A stretch of DNA of 64,000 nucleotides, taken from positions 25,177-89,176 of the forward strand of contig JAHFED010000015.1 of NCBI GenBank assembly GCA_023248635.1. Reading direction: 5' to 3'. Origin of the DNA: Myxococcales bacterium. Its GTDB lineage: Bacteria > Myxococcota > UBA727 > VGSZ01. Positions 29,122 through 39,367 of the stretch are shown in pieces (the stretch's first letter is position 1; every line of letters starts with the position of its first letter). The translations under genes were made by a program, and so were the position numbers. The notes under the pieces were generated by a model. The model had not been told where the DNA came from. It worked only from the letters and a program-made list of their open reading frames with translations, and did not search any database.

Positions 29122-30089
29122 CGCTGCCCGTTGGCTTGGCCCTGGGGGGCCACACCCTGGCGAGCCCCTTCTTGTTGGCGCCCCTCGAGGGCGTCTCGGA
29201 TGCGGGATTTCGTCGTCTGTGTTTCGAGCAGGGTGCTGCACTTACTTTTACTGAAATGATCCGCGCTCGAAGTCTCGCAAAGCGCAACAAGGCAACGCTC
29301 GATCTCATCGACACCTTCGACGACGACGTCTTAACTGGAATACAGTTGTTGGCGACATCTCCGCAGGAGTTGTGCGATGCTGTTTCAACAGTCGAAGAGC
29401 TCTCGAAAACGTCGCACCCCCACTGGCAACGCATCGCCGCCGTCGACCTGAACTTCGGCTGTCCCTCCAAGGACGTCATTCAGCACGGGGCGGGGCCGGC
29501 CATGCTGAAGAGGCGCGGGCGCATGGAGGCGATCTTCCAAGCGCTCGCGAGCTGGAAGAAGACGACGTCGCTGCCGGTGAAGAGCGTGTCGGCCAAGATC
29601 CGGCTCGGGCTCAACCAGCGCGAACAGGAGCACCGCGTTTTTCTGCCGGTGGTCGAGCTGGCATCGGCGCACCTCGATTACGTCGTCGTTCATGCTCGGC
29701 ATGCAGGCCAGCGCAGCCGCGATCCACCGACCTGGGCCGCCATCGCCGAAGCGAAAAAGGTCGCCAGGGTGCCGGTGATCGGCAACGGCGACGTCGTCAC
29801 CCGCGCCGATGCCCTGCGCTTGTACGAGCTGAGCGGCTGCGACGGCTTCTTGATCGCTCGCGCGGCCATTGCGTCGCCCTGGGTGTTTGGGGCGCTGCTC
29901 GGCAGGGGGTACGTGCCCACCGTCGACGACGTCGAGCGTGAACGCCTGCGCTACCTGGACACGCCGCACACCAAGCCGAAATACCGCGAGTTCCACGCGC
30001 AGAATTTTGCGCGCTTGCTGCGACAGGCGCGCGGCGAGATGACGACGATGGTGATTCCGCAAAACGCCCATATGGGACCGAGCCGATGA
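29118..30089 (+). CDS. dus: tRNA-dihydrouridine synthase
   Basis: The FMN/TIM-barrel Dus signature ...DLNFGCPSKDVIQHGAGPAMLK... is present. It overlaps the upstream stop as ATGA. Confidence 0.85.
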   Translation: MTLPVGLALGGHTLASPFLLAPLEGVSDAGFRRLCFEQGAALTFTEMIRARSLAKRNKATLDLIDTFDDDVLTGIQLLATSPQELCDAVSTVEELSKTSHPHWQRIAAVDLNFGCPSKDVIQHGAGPAMLKRRGRMEAIFQALASWKKTTSLPVKSVSAKIRLGLNQREQEHRVFLPVVELASAHLDYVVVHARHAGQRSRDPPTWAAIAEAKKVARVPVIGNGDVVTRADALRLYELSGCDGFLIARAAIASPWVFGALLGRGYVPTVDDVERERLRYLDTPHTKPKYREFHAQNFARLLRQARGEMTTMVIPQNAHMGPSR

Positions 30090-30793
30090 CCGTCAACGTC
30101 GCCCGCGCGCTCTTTGCTTTCGACGTCGACGGCACCCTCATCGACACCCGGCCGAGCTTCACGCGCATCATCAAGGAGCTCTCTGGCGCCAGCGACGACG
30201 AGGTCCGACGTTTTCGCGACACCGGCGGCTTCAACGACGACTGGGAGCTCTCCCGTGCTTTGGTGTGTTGGACGCGCGCGGGGCGGCCCAAGATCGTCGA
30301 ACGCTGCGAAAACGTGCGCGACGTCGTCGCCTGGTGCGGCCACGATCCCGGCGACCTCGCCGCGCAATGCATCGCGCTGTACCGCGGCGGCTATTGGCGC
30401 GATGAGCGTCCCCTCATCGACGGCGCGCGTCTGGCTGCCTTGGAGTCCTTCATCGACGTCGTCGCCTGCACCGGCCGCGACGTCTGGGAGCTCGACAAGG
30501 GCCAGCTCATGATCGGGCATCGTTTTGCAGCGTCGACGACGATGGAGATCGCCAAGAAGCCCGATCCCCAGGCGCTGCTGCGCTTGTTGCCGCCGTCGAC
30601 GTCGCCTTCGCTGGTTGTGCTCCTCGGCGACACCCACGCCGATCGCAAGACCATCGCGAATGCTCGCGCCGCACGACCTGATCTGCATTTCGCCTTCGTG
30701 CTCATCGACGAAGAACACCCCTGCGCCGCCGTCGTCGACGCCGTGCTGCAGGCCCGGGATCCCCGCCGCGCCCTGGACTTCGCCGAGCGTTAG
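30086..30793 (+). CDS. HAD-superfamily hydrolase
   Basis: Motif I FAFDVDGTLIDT is present. It overlaps dus as ATGA. Its stop TAG lies inside the left terminal inverted repeat of the MITE-like element. Confidence 0.7.
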   Translation: MTVNVARALFAFDVDGTLIDTRPSFTRIIKELSGASDDEVRRFRDTGGFNDDWELSRALVCWTRAGRPKIVERCENVRDVVAWCGHDPGDLAAQCIALYRGGYWRDERPLIDGARLAALESFIDVVACTGRDVWELDKGQLMIGHRFAASTTMEIAKKPDPQALLRLLPPSTSPSLVVLLGDTHADRKTIANARAARPDLHFAFVLIDEEHPCAAVVDAVLQARDPRRALDFAER

Positions 30794-31016
30794 GGCGGTT
30801 TCCGAATTCACCGACAGCGCTTCGCGTGTCGGTGAATTGTCTACAGGTTCATCGCCTGGCGGCGATGAATTGATTGACCTTCGCCAGGCTTGGTCCTTTC
30901 CTCGATGCCTTCGTTGCGTGCTCGGTGAAGCCGGAGAGGCTGCCCCTGCGCCGCGCCTCGGCCTCGAGGAAATTCCCGGCGTCGGGCTCGATCAATCAAC
31001 AAGGAAACCGCCCTAG
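30790..31016. mobile_element. MITE-like element: 13-bp terminal inverted repeats (TAGGGCGGTTTCC ... GGAAACCGCCCTA) around a 226-bp segment that contains one double-hairpin repeat unit (30804-30872)
   Basis: A perfect 13-bp inverted repeat is read directly from the sequence. It exactly fills the gap between two convergent genes. Both gene stop codons (TAG) are supplied by the repeat termini. Confidence 0.55.
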
Positions 31017-31795
31017 CCAGAAAGAGGCTCCCCGATGAGCGCGGTGATGCGCACCGGGAACCAGGCCACCTCGATGCGCTCCACGCGAAATCGGTAGCCG
31101 TCGTCGTCGAGGCCAGCGGTGAGCTCCTTCAATTCGTCGACGGAGTAGGCCCGCAGACAGCTGCACAGGCCGTCCCAGAGCACGCCCATCGGAATGAGCG
31201 GCACCAGATAGGTGAAGAAGACGCGAGCGAAGGTCAGGGGGCGCGACCAGGGGGTGAGCCCCCAGACGGCGAAGGGCGTTCCTGTCAGAAACACGATGGT
31301 GGCCAGACGACGCTCGACGACCTCGAGGGAAACGAAGGGCTGCCGCTTGCGGGCGGCGTCTTCGACGATGCGCCGGGCCAGCTCTGGTCGGAAGTGGTGG
31401 AAGGCATTGAAGATGGTGCGCACCCCCTGCAGCGACGTCGGTACGTCGCCGGCGTCGACGGATTCTCGCACCGTGGTGATGCGACCGCGGCCCCGGGCCA
31501 CCGCTTCATCAAAGGCAGAGAGATTGGGGTAGAGATCGGTCAATACTGCGACGACGTCGACGTTGTGGTGCTTCTGCAGGGCCTCGCGCAGCCGCAACAA
31601 GGGTCCGCCGCCGCCGCTGCACAGATCGACCAGCTGCTGACTGCGGTGACGTTGCAGGATGCCGGCGACGACGGGGGCGGCGTTGTCGTAGATGCGAAAA
31701 CGTTCGGCCGCGACTTGGAGAAAGGCCGTGAGCCCATCGCGCAGAAAGCCGGGACACCAGGCCTCGTCCTCGAGCTCGGGAGCATGAACGCGCAT
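31013..31795 (-). CDS. Class I SAM-dependent methyltransferase
   Basis: Motif I LVDLCSGGGGP is present with a following acidic post-I region. I placed the start at the internal ATG (MRVHAPE..., 31795) because the longer ORF would overlap the divergent CorC gene start. The start is uncertain. Confidence 0.6.
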   Translation of the reverse strand: MRVHAPELEDEAWCPGFLRDGLTAFLQVAAERFRIYDNAAPVVAGILQRHRSQQLVDLCSGGGGPLLRLREALQKHHNVDVVAVLTDLYPNLSAFDEAVARGRGRITTVRESVDAGDVPTSLQGVRTIFNAFHHFRPELARRIVEDAARKRQPFVSLEVVERRLATIVFLTGTPFAVWGLTPWSRPLTFARVFFTYLVPLIPMGVLWDGLCSCLRAYSVDELKELTAGLDDDGYRFRVERIEVAWFPVRITALIGEPLSG

Positions 31796-31879
31796 GGGTT
31801 GAGATACGCCATCGGCGTGGAGCGCGCTGACTGCGGGCTCCTTCGGCTCAAAGGCTCGGAGCACTGGTAGGGTCCGGCC

Positions 31880-33190
31880 ATGACGTCCGAGGTCCTCATC
31901 ATCGTCGCTCTCTTGCTGCTGCACGGCTTTCTGGCGGGTGCCGAGATCGCCGTGGTGACGCTGCGCAAGACGCGGCTGCGGCAGCTGGTCGATCTCGGCA
32001 AAGCCAGCGCGCGCGCCGTCGAAGCCCTGCGAAAGACGCCCGAGCGTTTCCTCGCCACCGTGCAGATCTTCATGACGGTCACGGGCATGATCATCGGCAC
32101 CCGATCAAAGACCTTCGAGCATCTGCTGGGGCCGGTCTTTGAATCCGTCGGCATTCCGGCTTCGTACGCCGCCGCCATCGGCTTCGGCATCGCCATCATT
32201 TTCTTGTCCTACTCCGAGCTCGTCGTCGGCGAGCTGGTGCCCAAGTCCCTCGCGCTGCGGGCCAGCGAGCCCTACGCCTTGCTCGTGGGTCGGCCCCTCT
32301 TGTTGCTCTCGTCGGTCATGCGGCCGGCCGTGTGGTTGCTCGAAGGCACCTCGAATCTCTTTCTGCGCATCTTCGGCGACAAGACCAGCTTCATCGAGTC
32401 GCGCCTTTCGCCCGAAGAGATCACGCAGCTCCTCGAAGAAGCTGGCCGCACGGGCTCCCTCGACGCGCGCGCCGCCGACATCGCGGTGCGGGCCATCGAG
32501 CTCGATGGTTTGACCGGCGGCGACGTCATGGTGCCGCGCAACCGGGTCGTCGCCGTCGAAAAAGGCGCCGATCCCGCGCACCTGCAGCGCGTGCTGCTGA
32601 GCAAGGGACACCAGCGCTTGCCGGTCTACGAAGAAGGCGCTGCCGACGAAGTCGTTGGCTACGTCGCTGCCAAAGATGTGTTCGCCGCCCTGATCGAGGG
32701 CAGCTCGCTGTCGATCGATGAGCTCATTCGCCCGGCGACGTTTTTTCCCGAGTCCATGAGGGCGACGGCCATCCTCAAAGAAATGCAGAGCGCCCGGGTG
32801 CAATTGGCCATCATCGTCGATGAGCGCGGCAGCATGGCAGGCTTGTTGACGATGGAAGATCTGCTCGAAGAGCTCGTCGGCGACATCTGGTCCGAAGACG
32901 ACAGGGCCGTGCCCACCGCCATCCGCACCACCAAAGACGGCGCCGCCATCGTCTTGGGCAGCGTGCCCTTGCGCGAGGTCAACCGGGCTCTCGACCTGGC
33001 CCTGCCCGAAGGCGACAACTGGACCACCATCGCCGGCTACTGCATTTCGCTCGCCGGGCGCATTCCCGAAAGCGGCGCGCGCTTGGAGACCGACGACGGC
33101 ACCGTGCTCGAGATCCTGGAGTCGACGCCGCGCCGCATTCGCAGCGTGCGCATCGTGAAAAAGAAAGATGAGCCAGCGTCGTCGCCGTAG
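31880..33190 (+). CDS. CNNM/DUF21-CBS-CorC_HlyC family transporter (TlyC/CorC-like hemolysin-family protein)
   Basis: An N-terminal DUF21 with 4 TM helices (MTSEVLIIVALLLLHGFLAGAEIAVV) is followed by a tandem CBS pair and a C-terminal CorC/HlyC transporter-associated domain. Confidence 0.85.
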   Translation: MTSEVLIIVALLLLHGFLAGAEIAVVTLRKTRLRQLVDLGKASARAVEALRKTPERFLATVQIFMTVTGMIIGTRSKTFEHLLGPVFESVGIPASYAAAIGFGIAIIFLSYSELVVGELVPKSLALRASEPYALLVGRPLLLLSSVMRPAVWLLEGTSNLFLRIFGDKTSFIESRLSPEEITQLLEEAGRTGSLDARAADIAVRAIELDGLTGGDVMVPRNRVVAVEKGADPAHLQRVLLSKGHQRLPVYEEGAADEVVGYVAAKDVFAALIEGSSLSIDELIRPATFFPESMRATAILKEMQSARVQLAIIVDERGSMAGLLTMEDLLEELVGDIWSEDDRAVPTAIRTTKDGAAIVLGSVPLREVNRALDLALPEGDNWTTIAGYCISLAGRIPESGARLETDDGTVLEILESTPRRIRSVRIVKKKDEPASSP

Positions 33191-33213
33191 TCGCAGCCGC
33201 GTATCCTCGGCGC

Positions 33214-34434
33214 ATGACCACCCGCCGCGCTTTTCTGCAGAGCACTCGCGTCGTCGCTGGCGGTTTGGTGGTGGCCCCGCTGGGGTGTGCCGGTCTGCCC
33301 ATCATCGATCCCCTCGACGCCCACCGCGATCGCGTCGTGCTCGGGCTCTTCCCCTCGTCAAGACTGTCGACGCCCGAAGAAGCCGTGCACCGCACCCTCG
33401 AACAGGTCGATCTGGATTGGCTGCGGGCCGGCGACAGCGTGTTCATCAAGGTGGCCAGCAACTCGGCCAACACGCATCCAGCCACGACGTCGCCGACGGC
33501 GGTGCGAGCGATGTGCAAGGCACTGTTCGATCGAGGCGCCGGCCGCGTCGTCGTGGGTGATCAGTGCGGCGTGATGAGCGCGCGTCTGGCCAGAGGCGAG
33601 ACCCAGGACCAGCGCTGGCGCTCGACCCAGAGCGTGATGGAGAGCAACGGGCTGCTGCGGGCCATCGTCGACGGCGGCGCCGAACCCCACTTCTTCGACG
33701 ACCACGGCTTCGACGCCGGCTATTTCCCGGCGACGCTGCCCAGCGGTTCATCGTGGCGTCGTCCTCCGCACATTCCGCGCATCGTCAAAGAGGTGGACCA
33801 CATCGTCTACCTGCCGCGTCTCTCGTCGCATGTGCTCACGGGCTATACCCACGGCCACAAGATCGCGGTGGGTTGGATGCGCGACGACACGCGCCACGAG
33901 ATGCACAGCGACGCCGGCAACATCTACGAGAAATACACCGAGCTGAACTACTGCGACGAAATCGCCTCGCGCCTGCGCCTCGTCGTCACCCTCGCCGAGG
34001 AGGTGTTGTGCGAGGGCGGTCCCGATGGCGGCAGCATTGCCTGCGCCGATCCGCGCATCGTGCTGGCGTCGTCGCACCTCGCCAACCACGACGCCGTCTC
34101 CGTCGGCCTTTTAACCTGGGTGCAGCAGAACCTGCCCCGGACCAGAGACACGGGCGGCGTGCCCTATGGCGCGTGGGCGACGGCGTCGAACACGGTCTTT
34201 CTTGGCATCGTCGAGGCGCAGACGGGCATCCCCTGGACCTCCGACGGCGCCGGCCTCCCGCTCCCCTACTGGGCCCACGACTACGGCGGCGGCATCGAAT
34301 CCGATCGGGCCTTGAGCCGCGCCTACGAGCTCCTGGGGGGCGTGCCCCGCGGCATCGACGTCGTCCTCGCTGGCGATGAGCCCCCGCCCTCGTTGCGCGG
34401 CCACCTCGAGCAGCTGCTGCCCGTCGACCTCTGA
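33214..34434 (+). CDS. Tat-signal DUF362-like protein
   Basis: A twin-arginine leader TTRRAFLQSTRVVAGG is present. ...GDSVFIKVASNSANTHPATTSP... resembles the DUF362 core. Confidence 0.5.
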   Translation: MTTRRAFLQSTRVVAGGLVVAPLGCAGLPIIDPLDAHRDRVVLGLFPSSRLSTPEEAVHRTLEQVDLDWLRAGDSVFIKVASNSANTHPATTSPTAVRAMCKALFDRGAGRVVVGDQCGVMSARLARGETQDQRWRSTQSVMESNGLLRAIVDGGAEPHFFDDHGFDAGYFPATLPSGSSWRRPPHIPRIVKEVDHIVYLPRLSSHVLTGYTHGHKIAVGWMRDDTRHEMHSDAGNIYEKYTELNYCDEIASRLRLVVTLAEEVLCEGGPDGGSIACADPRIVLASSHLANHDAVSVGLLTWVQQNLPRTRDTGGVPYGAWATASNTVFLGIVEAQTGIPWTSDGAGLPLPYWAHDYGGGIESDRALSRAYELLGGVPRGIDVVLAGDEPPPSLRGHLEQLLPVDL

Positions 34435-34440
34435 GCAACC

Positions 34441-35385
34441 TCAGGGCTTCTGCAGACCCGCGAGCAGCTCGTCGACGGCGGCCAGATCGAGCTTCTTGCG
34501 CCGGCCCACCGGGGCCTCGTTCGTACCGCCCTGCCGCGCCTGCGTTGTCGACGCCGCTTCCTGGGCGGCCGACAGGGTGACGCCGAGGTTGTCGCCGACG
34601 CGTTTCATCATCGCGGTGTCGACGTCGCGCTGGCGCGCCAGAAAAGCCTCGAACAAGGCGTTGTCACACAGGGTGTTGATGACGCGGGGAATGCCCTGAC
34701 TGGCATCGTGGACGACGTCGAGAGCGCCGGATCGAAAGAGCATGCGACCCGCGCCGGCGAGGCGCAGCCGGTGTTTCACATAGGCCTCCGTGGCATCTCG
34801 GTCGAAGGACGAGAGCCGCACGCGCAAGGCCACACGTTGGGCCAACGGCGGATCCAGCATCAGGTTCTGCTCGATCTCTGGGAGGCCGAAGAAGACGAAG
34901 GTGACGAGCTTGCGCTCGGGGACCTCGAGGTTCAGCAGCCCGCGAAACTCCTCCATGATCTCTCGGGTCTGCAGCATCTGGGCTTCATCGATGAGGACGA
35001 CGGCTTTCTTGCCCGCCTCGTAGACCTGGACGAGGCGTTGATACAATTGGCCCAGCAGTGCGAGCTTTTCATGTGCAGGATCTGCCACACCGAGTTGCAG
35101 TGCAATACGCCTTAATAACCAGCTCGCTGTGATGCCAGAGTGAATAATAACGAGCAGGGCCGCTTCATAGCGATCATCGGGCAGGGCGTCGAGCATGCGG
35201 CGGGCGAGGGTGGTCTTGCCGGCGCCGATGTTGCCGACGAGCAGGGCGAGCCCCTTCATGGAGTCGACGGCATAAGTGAGGCGAGTCAGAGCCTCGGCGT
35301 GCTGGGAAGAGTTGTAGTAAAAACGACTCACCGGAGCGTTTGAAAACGGCTCCTGTCTCATCCCGAAGTAGTCAACATAATTCAT
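34441..35385 (-). CDS. ExeA/MshM-like AAA+ ATPase
   Basis: Walker A GNIGAGKTT and Walker B VVLIDEAQ are present within an ExeA-family architecture. It is co-oriented with, and immediately downstream of, the TPR protein, in the manner of an MshN/MshM pair. Confidence 0.8.
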   Translation of the reverse strand: MNYVDYFGMRQEPFSNAPVSRFYYNSSQHAEALTRLTYAVDSMKGLALLVGNIGAGKTTLARRMLDALPDDRYEAALLVIIHSGITASWLLRRIALQLGVADPAHEKLALLGQLYQRLVQVYEAGKKAVVLIDEAQMLQTREIMEEFRGLLNLEVPERKLVTFVFFGLPEIEQNLMLDPPLAQRVALRVRLSSFDRDATEAYVKHRLRLAGAGRMLFRSGALDVVHDASQGIPRVINTLCDNALFEAFLARQRDVDTAMMKRVGDNLGVTLSAAQEAASTTQARQGGTNEAPVGRRKKLDLAAVDELLAGLQKP

Positions 35386-35394
35386 TAGTAATGA

Positions 35395-38300
35395 CTATAC
35401 GTAGTCGATGTTCTTTGGCCGACCTGGCGCGCCCGCGACGTTGGGCTTGTGCGCGCCATTGCCGTTGATGCCCTTGCCCCGCGCTGCAGCGACGTCGACC
35501 AGATCGGGCACGTCGACGTCGCCGTAGACGGCCTGCAGCGCAGCGATGCGCCGATCGAGATCGGGGGCGTTACCGCCCAGGTGTTTGCTGCGTTTCAAGC
35601 ACACGAGGCCTTCGCGACCGCTCATCTTGCGCTCGTCGAAGATGACCCCGCGTTCGTACTCGGCGGCGGCCTTCTGACCCCGAGAGGCCGAGGGCGAAAA
35701 GAAGGCCCGCTCGAGGGCGGCCAGAGCGTCGTCGACGCGCCCCTGCTCGAGCTGCACCAAGGCGATGACGTAGAACGAGTCGGCCGAACGGCCGGGGGCC
35801 CGCGCTGCGATCTCGAACTCGGAGATGGCGTCGTCGAGCAGCCCCATCTCCCGATAGGCGATGCCCAGATCGTAGTGGGTCGCGGCGTCGTCTTCGGGGA
35901 CGGTCTCGGCCACACCCTTTTTGAACTGGGAGAGCACCTCGGCCACCGAGACCTGGTGCGGGCCGGAGGTTTCGACGTTGGGCGACAACGCGGCCATGTC
36001 GTCGAGCTGGGCGCCGACCTCGTCGATGAGCTTCTGCTCCCACGGTGCTGGCGGTTCAGGCTCGCCTGCTTCTTTGGCCGCAACGCGCGCGAGCATGTGT
36101 TGCACACGCAGCGAGTCCTCTATGTCCTCGAGGATCGGCGTCAAGATCTCCCGGGCTTCGTCGAGCAGGTCTTGCTGGATGAAGAACTCTGCCTCGGCCA
36201 GCTCGTCGCCGAAGAAGGTGTTGGCGGGGTCGTCTTCGAAGCCCCGAGCGACCTGGAACAGACTGCGGGACTGCGACGGCAGATCGAGGCCCGCGTCTTC
36301 GAAGTCGGCCAAAGGCGCGCTGCTGGCGCCCAGCTGCAACGACGGCGGCGGCGCCGTTTCGATGAGGGCCTCGGCGTCCATCGACGCCAGCGAGGGAATC
36401 TGGTCGTAGCGACCAGTCTCGATCACAGCGAAAGAGCCGGTGACGTCAGAGGCGCCGGCGTCGTCCGACAGGGGCGGCGCGGCAGCCGCGGGACGGGCCG
36501 CCAATATCGCTTTGACGTCGCTGGGCAGGTCGAACTCGTTGGGATCGAACTCGCTGGTGCCCGAGGGCGGCTCATGTTCCGAGCTCGCACGGGGGGCGAC
36601 GAGCGCAGCGCCAAGGCCCACTGCCGGGGTGGCAAAGGAGGGCAGGACCGGGCGCTTCGAGCTCGGCGGCAGCTCGGTTCGAGGCAGGGGCCCAGGCGCC
36701 GACACGGCCTTGCGCTCGCCGGTCTCGATGTTGTCCTCGTCGTCGAAGCCGTGGGGCGACATGGCCGGCGCAGCGACGCCGGCATCGCCGCTGCCGTAGG
36801 CCACGGTGCGCTCATCGAAGCCGTCGTCGTCGGCGCTGAATTCGGCGGGCAGCCGCGGGGGCGGGGGCGGGGTCCAGGCGGGTGCCGGGAGGTCGTCGTC
36901 GACGAAGGCCGCGGCGGGTTCGCTGGGGCTGCGGTCGCCCAGGATGCCCGGTGTGCCGCCAGCGCTCGGCGCCGAGATCGGTCGGGGTCGCGCGGGGGTG
37001 GAGCCGATGGGCAGGGCGTCCTGCACGGCCTGGGCGGCCAAGGCGTCGATTTCGTCGTCGTCAAAGGAACCCGGCGCAGAGCCAAAGGGCGGAGGTGCGG
37101 TCACGGCTGGGAGCGCGAGGCTGACCGTGGCTTGGTCGAAATCGGCGTCTTCTTGTTCGAGCACCAGCTCGTCCGCCGGGAGGCCCTCCGACGACGACGA
37201 CAGCGGCGGTCGCCACCCAGCGGTGTGCATGGCCTCGGGAAGACCGGGAAGACCGGGGTCGTCGGGCATCCCCAGCGCTTCGCGCACCAAGGCATCAGCG
37301 TCAGCGTCGAAGGCGCCGGCTGCGGCGGGCGGCGATGAGGTGGTCGCGGCGCGAGGCGCTCCGGCGGGTTGGCGCGGCAGCTGCGGCATCGGCAAGGCCA
37401 AAGTTTGGACCATGCCTTCGTCGGGGGGCAGCTCGTCGTTGTAAGGCTCGGAGCCGTGGCCGTTGAGCGCGGCACCAGAAGCGTCCAGGGGCGAGGCCAT
37501 CGAAAAGGACGGCGACGCCGACCGCGTTTGGGGTCGGGTGGCGGGTTCGAGGGGCTCGTCGAGGCTCGCGAGCATGTTGGGCATCGCCCCGGGGCGTGCC
37601 TGCAGCATGGTGCGCGGATCGATTCCGTTGTCGGCCGGGCGGCCTCGGATGAGATCGGGACGTCCAGCGGGAGGCGCCGCAAAGGTCGGCAGCGTCGGGG
37701 GCACAGGCTGCGCTACGGGTGAGGAGCGGAGGGCCACCGCCGGAGGAGCCGGGGGTGCCTCTTCGTCGACGACGAAGACCTCACCTTCGCTGGAGAAATC
37801 CCGGCGGGCCGCGGGAGGGACCTGCTTCGTCGCCGCCGTCACCTCGCGGCCACGTGGAGCGTCGCCGCGGGCCAGCTCCGCCCTCCATTCGGCGACCTTG
37901 GGATGGCCCAGCTCTTCACCGCGCAGAATCAGTCGCTTCAGCGTTTCGACGACGGCGGCGGGCTGCTTGGTCTGGGTTTGCAGCTGCTTGAGCTTCTCGA
38001 GCCCCGGGATGTGATCGGGGCGAATGCTGAAGATCTTGTCGAGGTGCTCGATGGCTTTTTCGCGCAGCCCGTACTTCACATAGACGTCGGTCTCGGTGAG
38101 CAGCCGCGCCAACTGATCGTCCTCGGGGCTGGCTTTGGCCACCGTCGTCGCCCGCGGCACCACCACCGCCAACGACGCCGACCGCAGCCCTAGCGCAGTC
38201 TCGGCGTCGTCGTCGCCGGGGCTGAGCTCCAACACGCGCTCCCACGCCGTACGGGCGTTGAACGAGTCGTTGTTGCCCTCGTAGATGCGGGCCATTTCTT

Positions 38301-39078
38301 TGTAGACCGAGATGGTCTTGGGCGTCTGCTCGAGCGCGAGAAAAGCCTTGGCGATGAGGTCGAGCACCTCGAGGTTGCGCGGGTCGAGGCGGAAGCACAT
38401 TTGCAGCTTGGGCAGGGCTTGCTTGGCGTCGCCGCGGGCCATGTAGACATTGGCCAGCTCGCGGGCGACGTCGGTGGCGTTTGGATCCCAGGCGAGGACC
38501 TTTTCGCCTACGCGCAATGCGTCGTCGTGTCTCTGCTGGATCTTCAGGAAGTCGTAGGCCGAGCGAATCTCGGTGTTGGCCTCGAGCATCTGTCCGCTTT
38601 GGGCGAAGAGCTCGGCAACCTTGATGCGGGACTGCAGGTTCTCGGGGTCGAGGTCGACCATCCTCTTGAGGATCCCGAGAGTGTCGCTGCTGCGATCCTG
38701 CTGCTCATAGAGCTGCACGACGTGCTGGTAATGAAGCAGGCACTGCGATCCGTGGTTGAGCTGCTGGTAGAGCTCGGCGAGGCGCAGGTGGATGTCGGGG
38801 TTGGTGCCGTCGATGGTGAGCATCTGCTTGAAGACCGCCACGGCCCTCATGAAGAAGCCCTGCTCTGTGTAGATGTTCGCCGCCCGGTCGTAGTGCTCGA
38901 GCGCTTCCTTGCGCTTGCCCATCTTGACGTGGAGGGTCTCGGCGATCTTGAGCAGCGTCCGGACGTCTTTGCCGTCCTCGGCAATCAGCTTTTGGAACTC
39001 AACGATCGCCTTGTCGTACTTCGAAGCCTGCAGGAGCTTGATCGCGCCGTCATAAACCTTGTCGCGATTGATGGCCAA
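35395..39078 (-). CDS. Large TPR-repeat protein (TPR, ~600-aa Pro/Ala-rich disordered region, TPR); possibly MshN-like
   Basis: N-terminal TPR units (AIVEFQKLIAED...HYDRAANIYTEQG...) and a C-terminal TPR block flank a long low-complexity region. Confidence 0.75.
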   Translation of the reverse strand: MAINRDKVYDGAIKLLQASKYDKAIVEFQKLIAEDGKDVRTLLKIAETLHVKMGKRKEALEHYDRAANIYTEQGFFMRAVAVFKQMLTIDGTNPDIHLRLAELYQQLNHGSQCLLHYQHVVQLYEQQDRSSDTLGILKRMVDLDPENLQSRIKVAELFAQSGQMLEANTEIRSAYDFLKIQQRHDDALRVGEKVLAWDPNATDVARELANVYMARGDAKQALPKLQMCFRLDPRNLEVLDLIAKAFLALEQTPKTISVYKEMARIYEGNNDSFNARTAWERVLELSPGDDDAETALGLRSASLAVVVPRATTVAKASPEDDQLARLLTETDVYVKYGLREKAIEHLDKIFSIRPDHIPGLEKLKQLQTQTKQPAAVVETLKRLILRGEELGHPKVAEWRAELARGDAPRGREVTAATKQVPPAARRDFSSEGEVFVVDEEAPPAPPAVALRSSPVAQPVPPTLPTFAAPPAGRPDLIRGRPADNGIDPRTMLQARPGAMPNMLASLDEPLEPATRPQTRSASPSFSMASPLDASGAALNGHGSEPYNDELPPDEGMVQTLALPMPQLPRQPAGAPRAATTSSPPAAAGAFDADADALVREALGMPDDPGLPGLPEAMHTAGWRPPLSSSSEGLPADELVLEQEDADFDQATVSLALPAVTAPPPFGSAPGSFDDDEIDALAAQAVQDALPIGSTPARPRPISAPSAGGTPGILGDRSPSEPAAAFVDDDLPAPAWTPPPPPRLPAEFSADDDGFDERTVAYGSGDAGVAAPAMSPHGFDDEDNIETGERKAVSAPGPLPRTELPPSSKRPVLPSFATPAVGLGAALVAPRASSEHEPPSGTSEFDPNEFDLPSDVKAILAARPAAAAPPLSDDAGASDVTGSFAVIETGRYDQIPSLASMDAEALIETAPPPSLQLGASSAPLADFEDAGLDLPSQSRSLFQVARGFEDDPANTFFGDELAEAEFFIQQDLLDEAREILTPILEDIEDSLRVQHMLARVAAKEAGEPEPPAPWEQKLIDEVGAQLDDMAALSPNVETSGPHQVSVAEVLSQFKKGVAETVPEDDAATHYDLGIAYREMGLLDDAISEFEIAARAPGRSADSFYVIALVQLEQGRVDDALAALERAFFSPSASRGQKAAAEYERGVIFDERKMSGREGLVCLKRSKHLGGNAPDLDRRIAALQAVYGDVDVPDLVDVAAARGKGINGNGAHKPNVAGAPGRPKNIDYV

Positions 39079-39367
39079 GGCGCGCTCCGAACCTTTCTTC
39101 CAGCCGTCCCGCCGCGTTCGCGGGAAGCACTGAGCAGGATGCTCTGATGTTCAAGAAGCTGGGGTCTTGAAGAATGGGTTTGCGAACGACGGCGACGACG
39201 ACGGCTTCGACGATAGGGGGGGCCTCGGAGCCGGTCAAGCTTGCCACCGCTGGCGGGCGCAGACACGTGTCCGCTTCGGGCGCAAAGCAGGAAGCACTTG
39301 CGCCTGGCCCAAGGGCGCCGGCCCAAGGGCGCAAGGGGCGGAGGTTGCACCGCTCGCACGCCAACCC

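Noticed and set aside
27034-29241. 735-aa minus-strand ORF
   Set aside because: It is antisense to the FrzS-like coiled-coil gene. The plus-strand frame has a clear receiver fold and heptad periodicity, whereas the minus frame is low-complexity.
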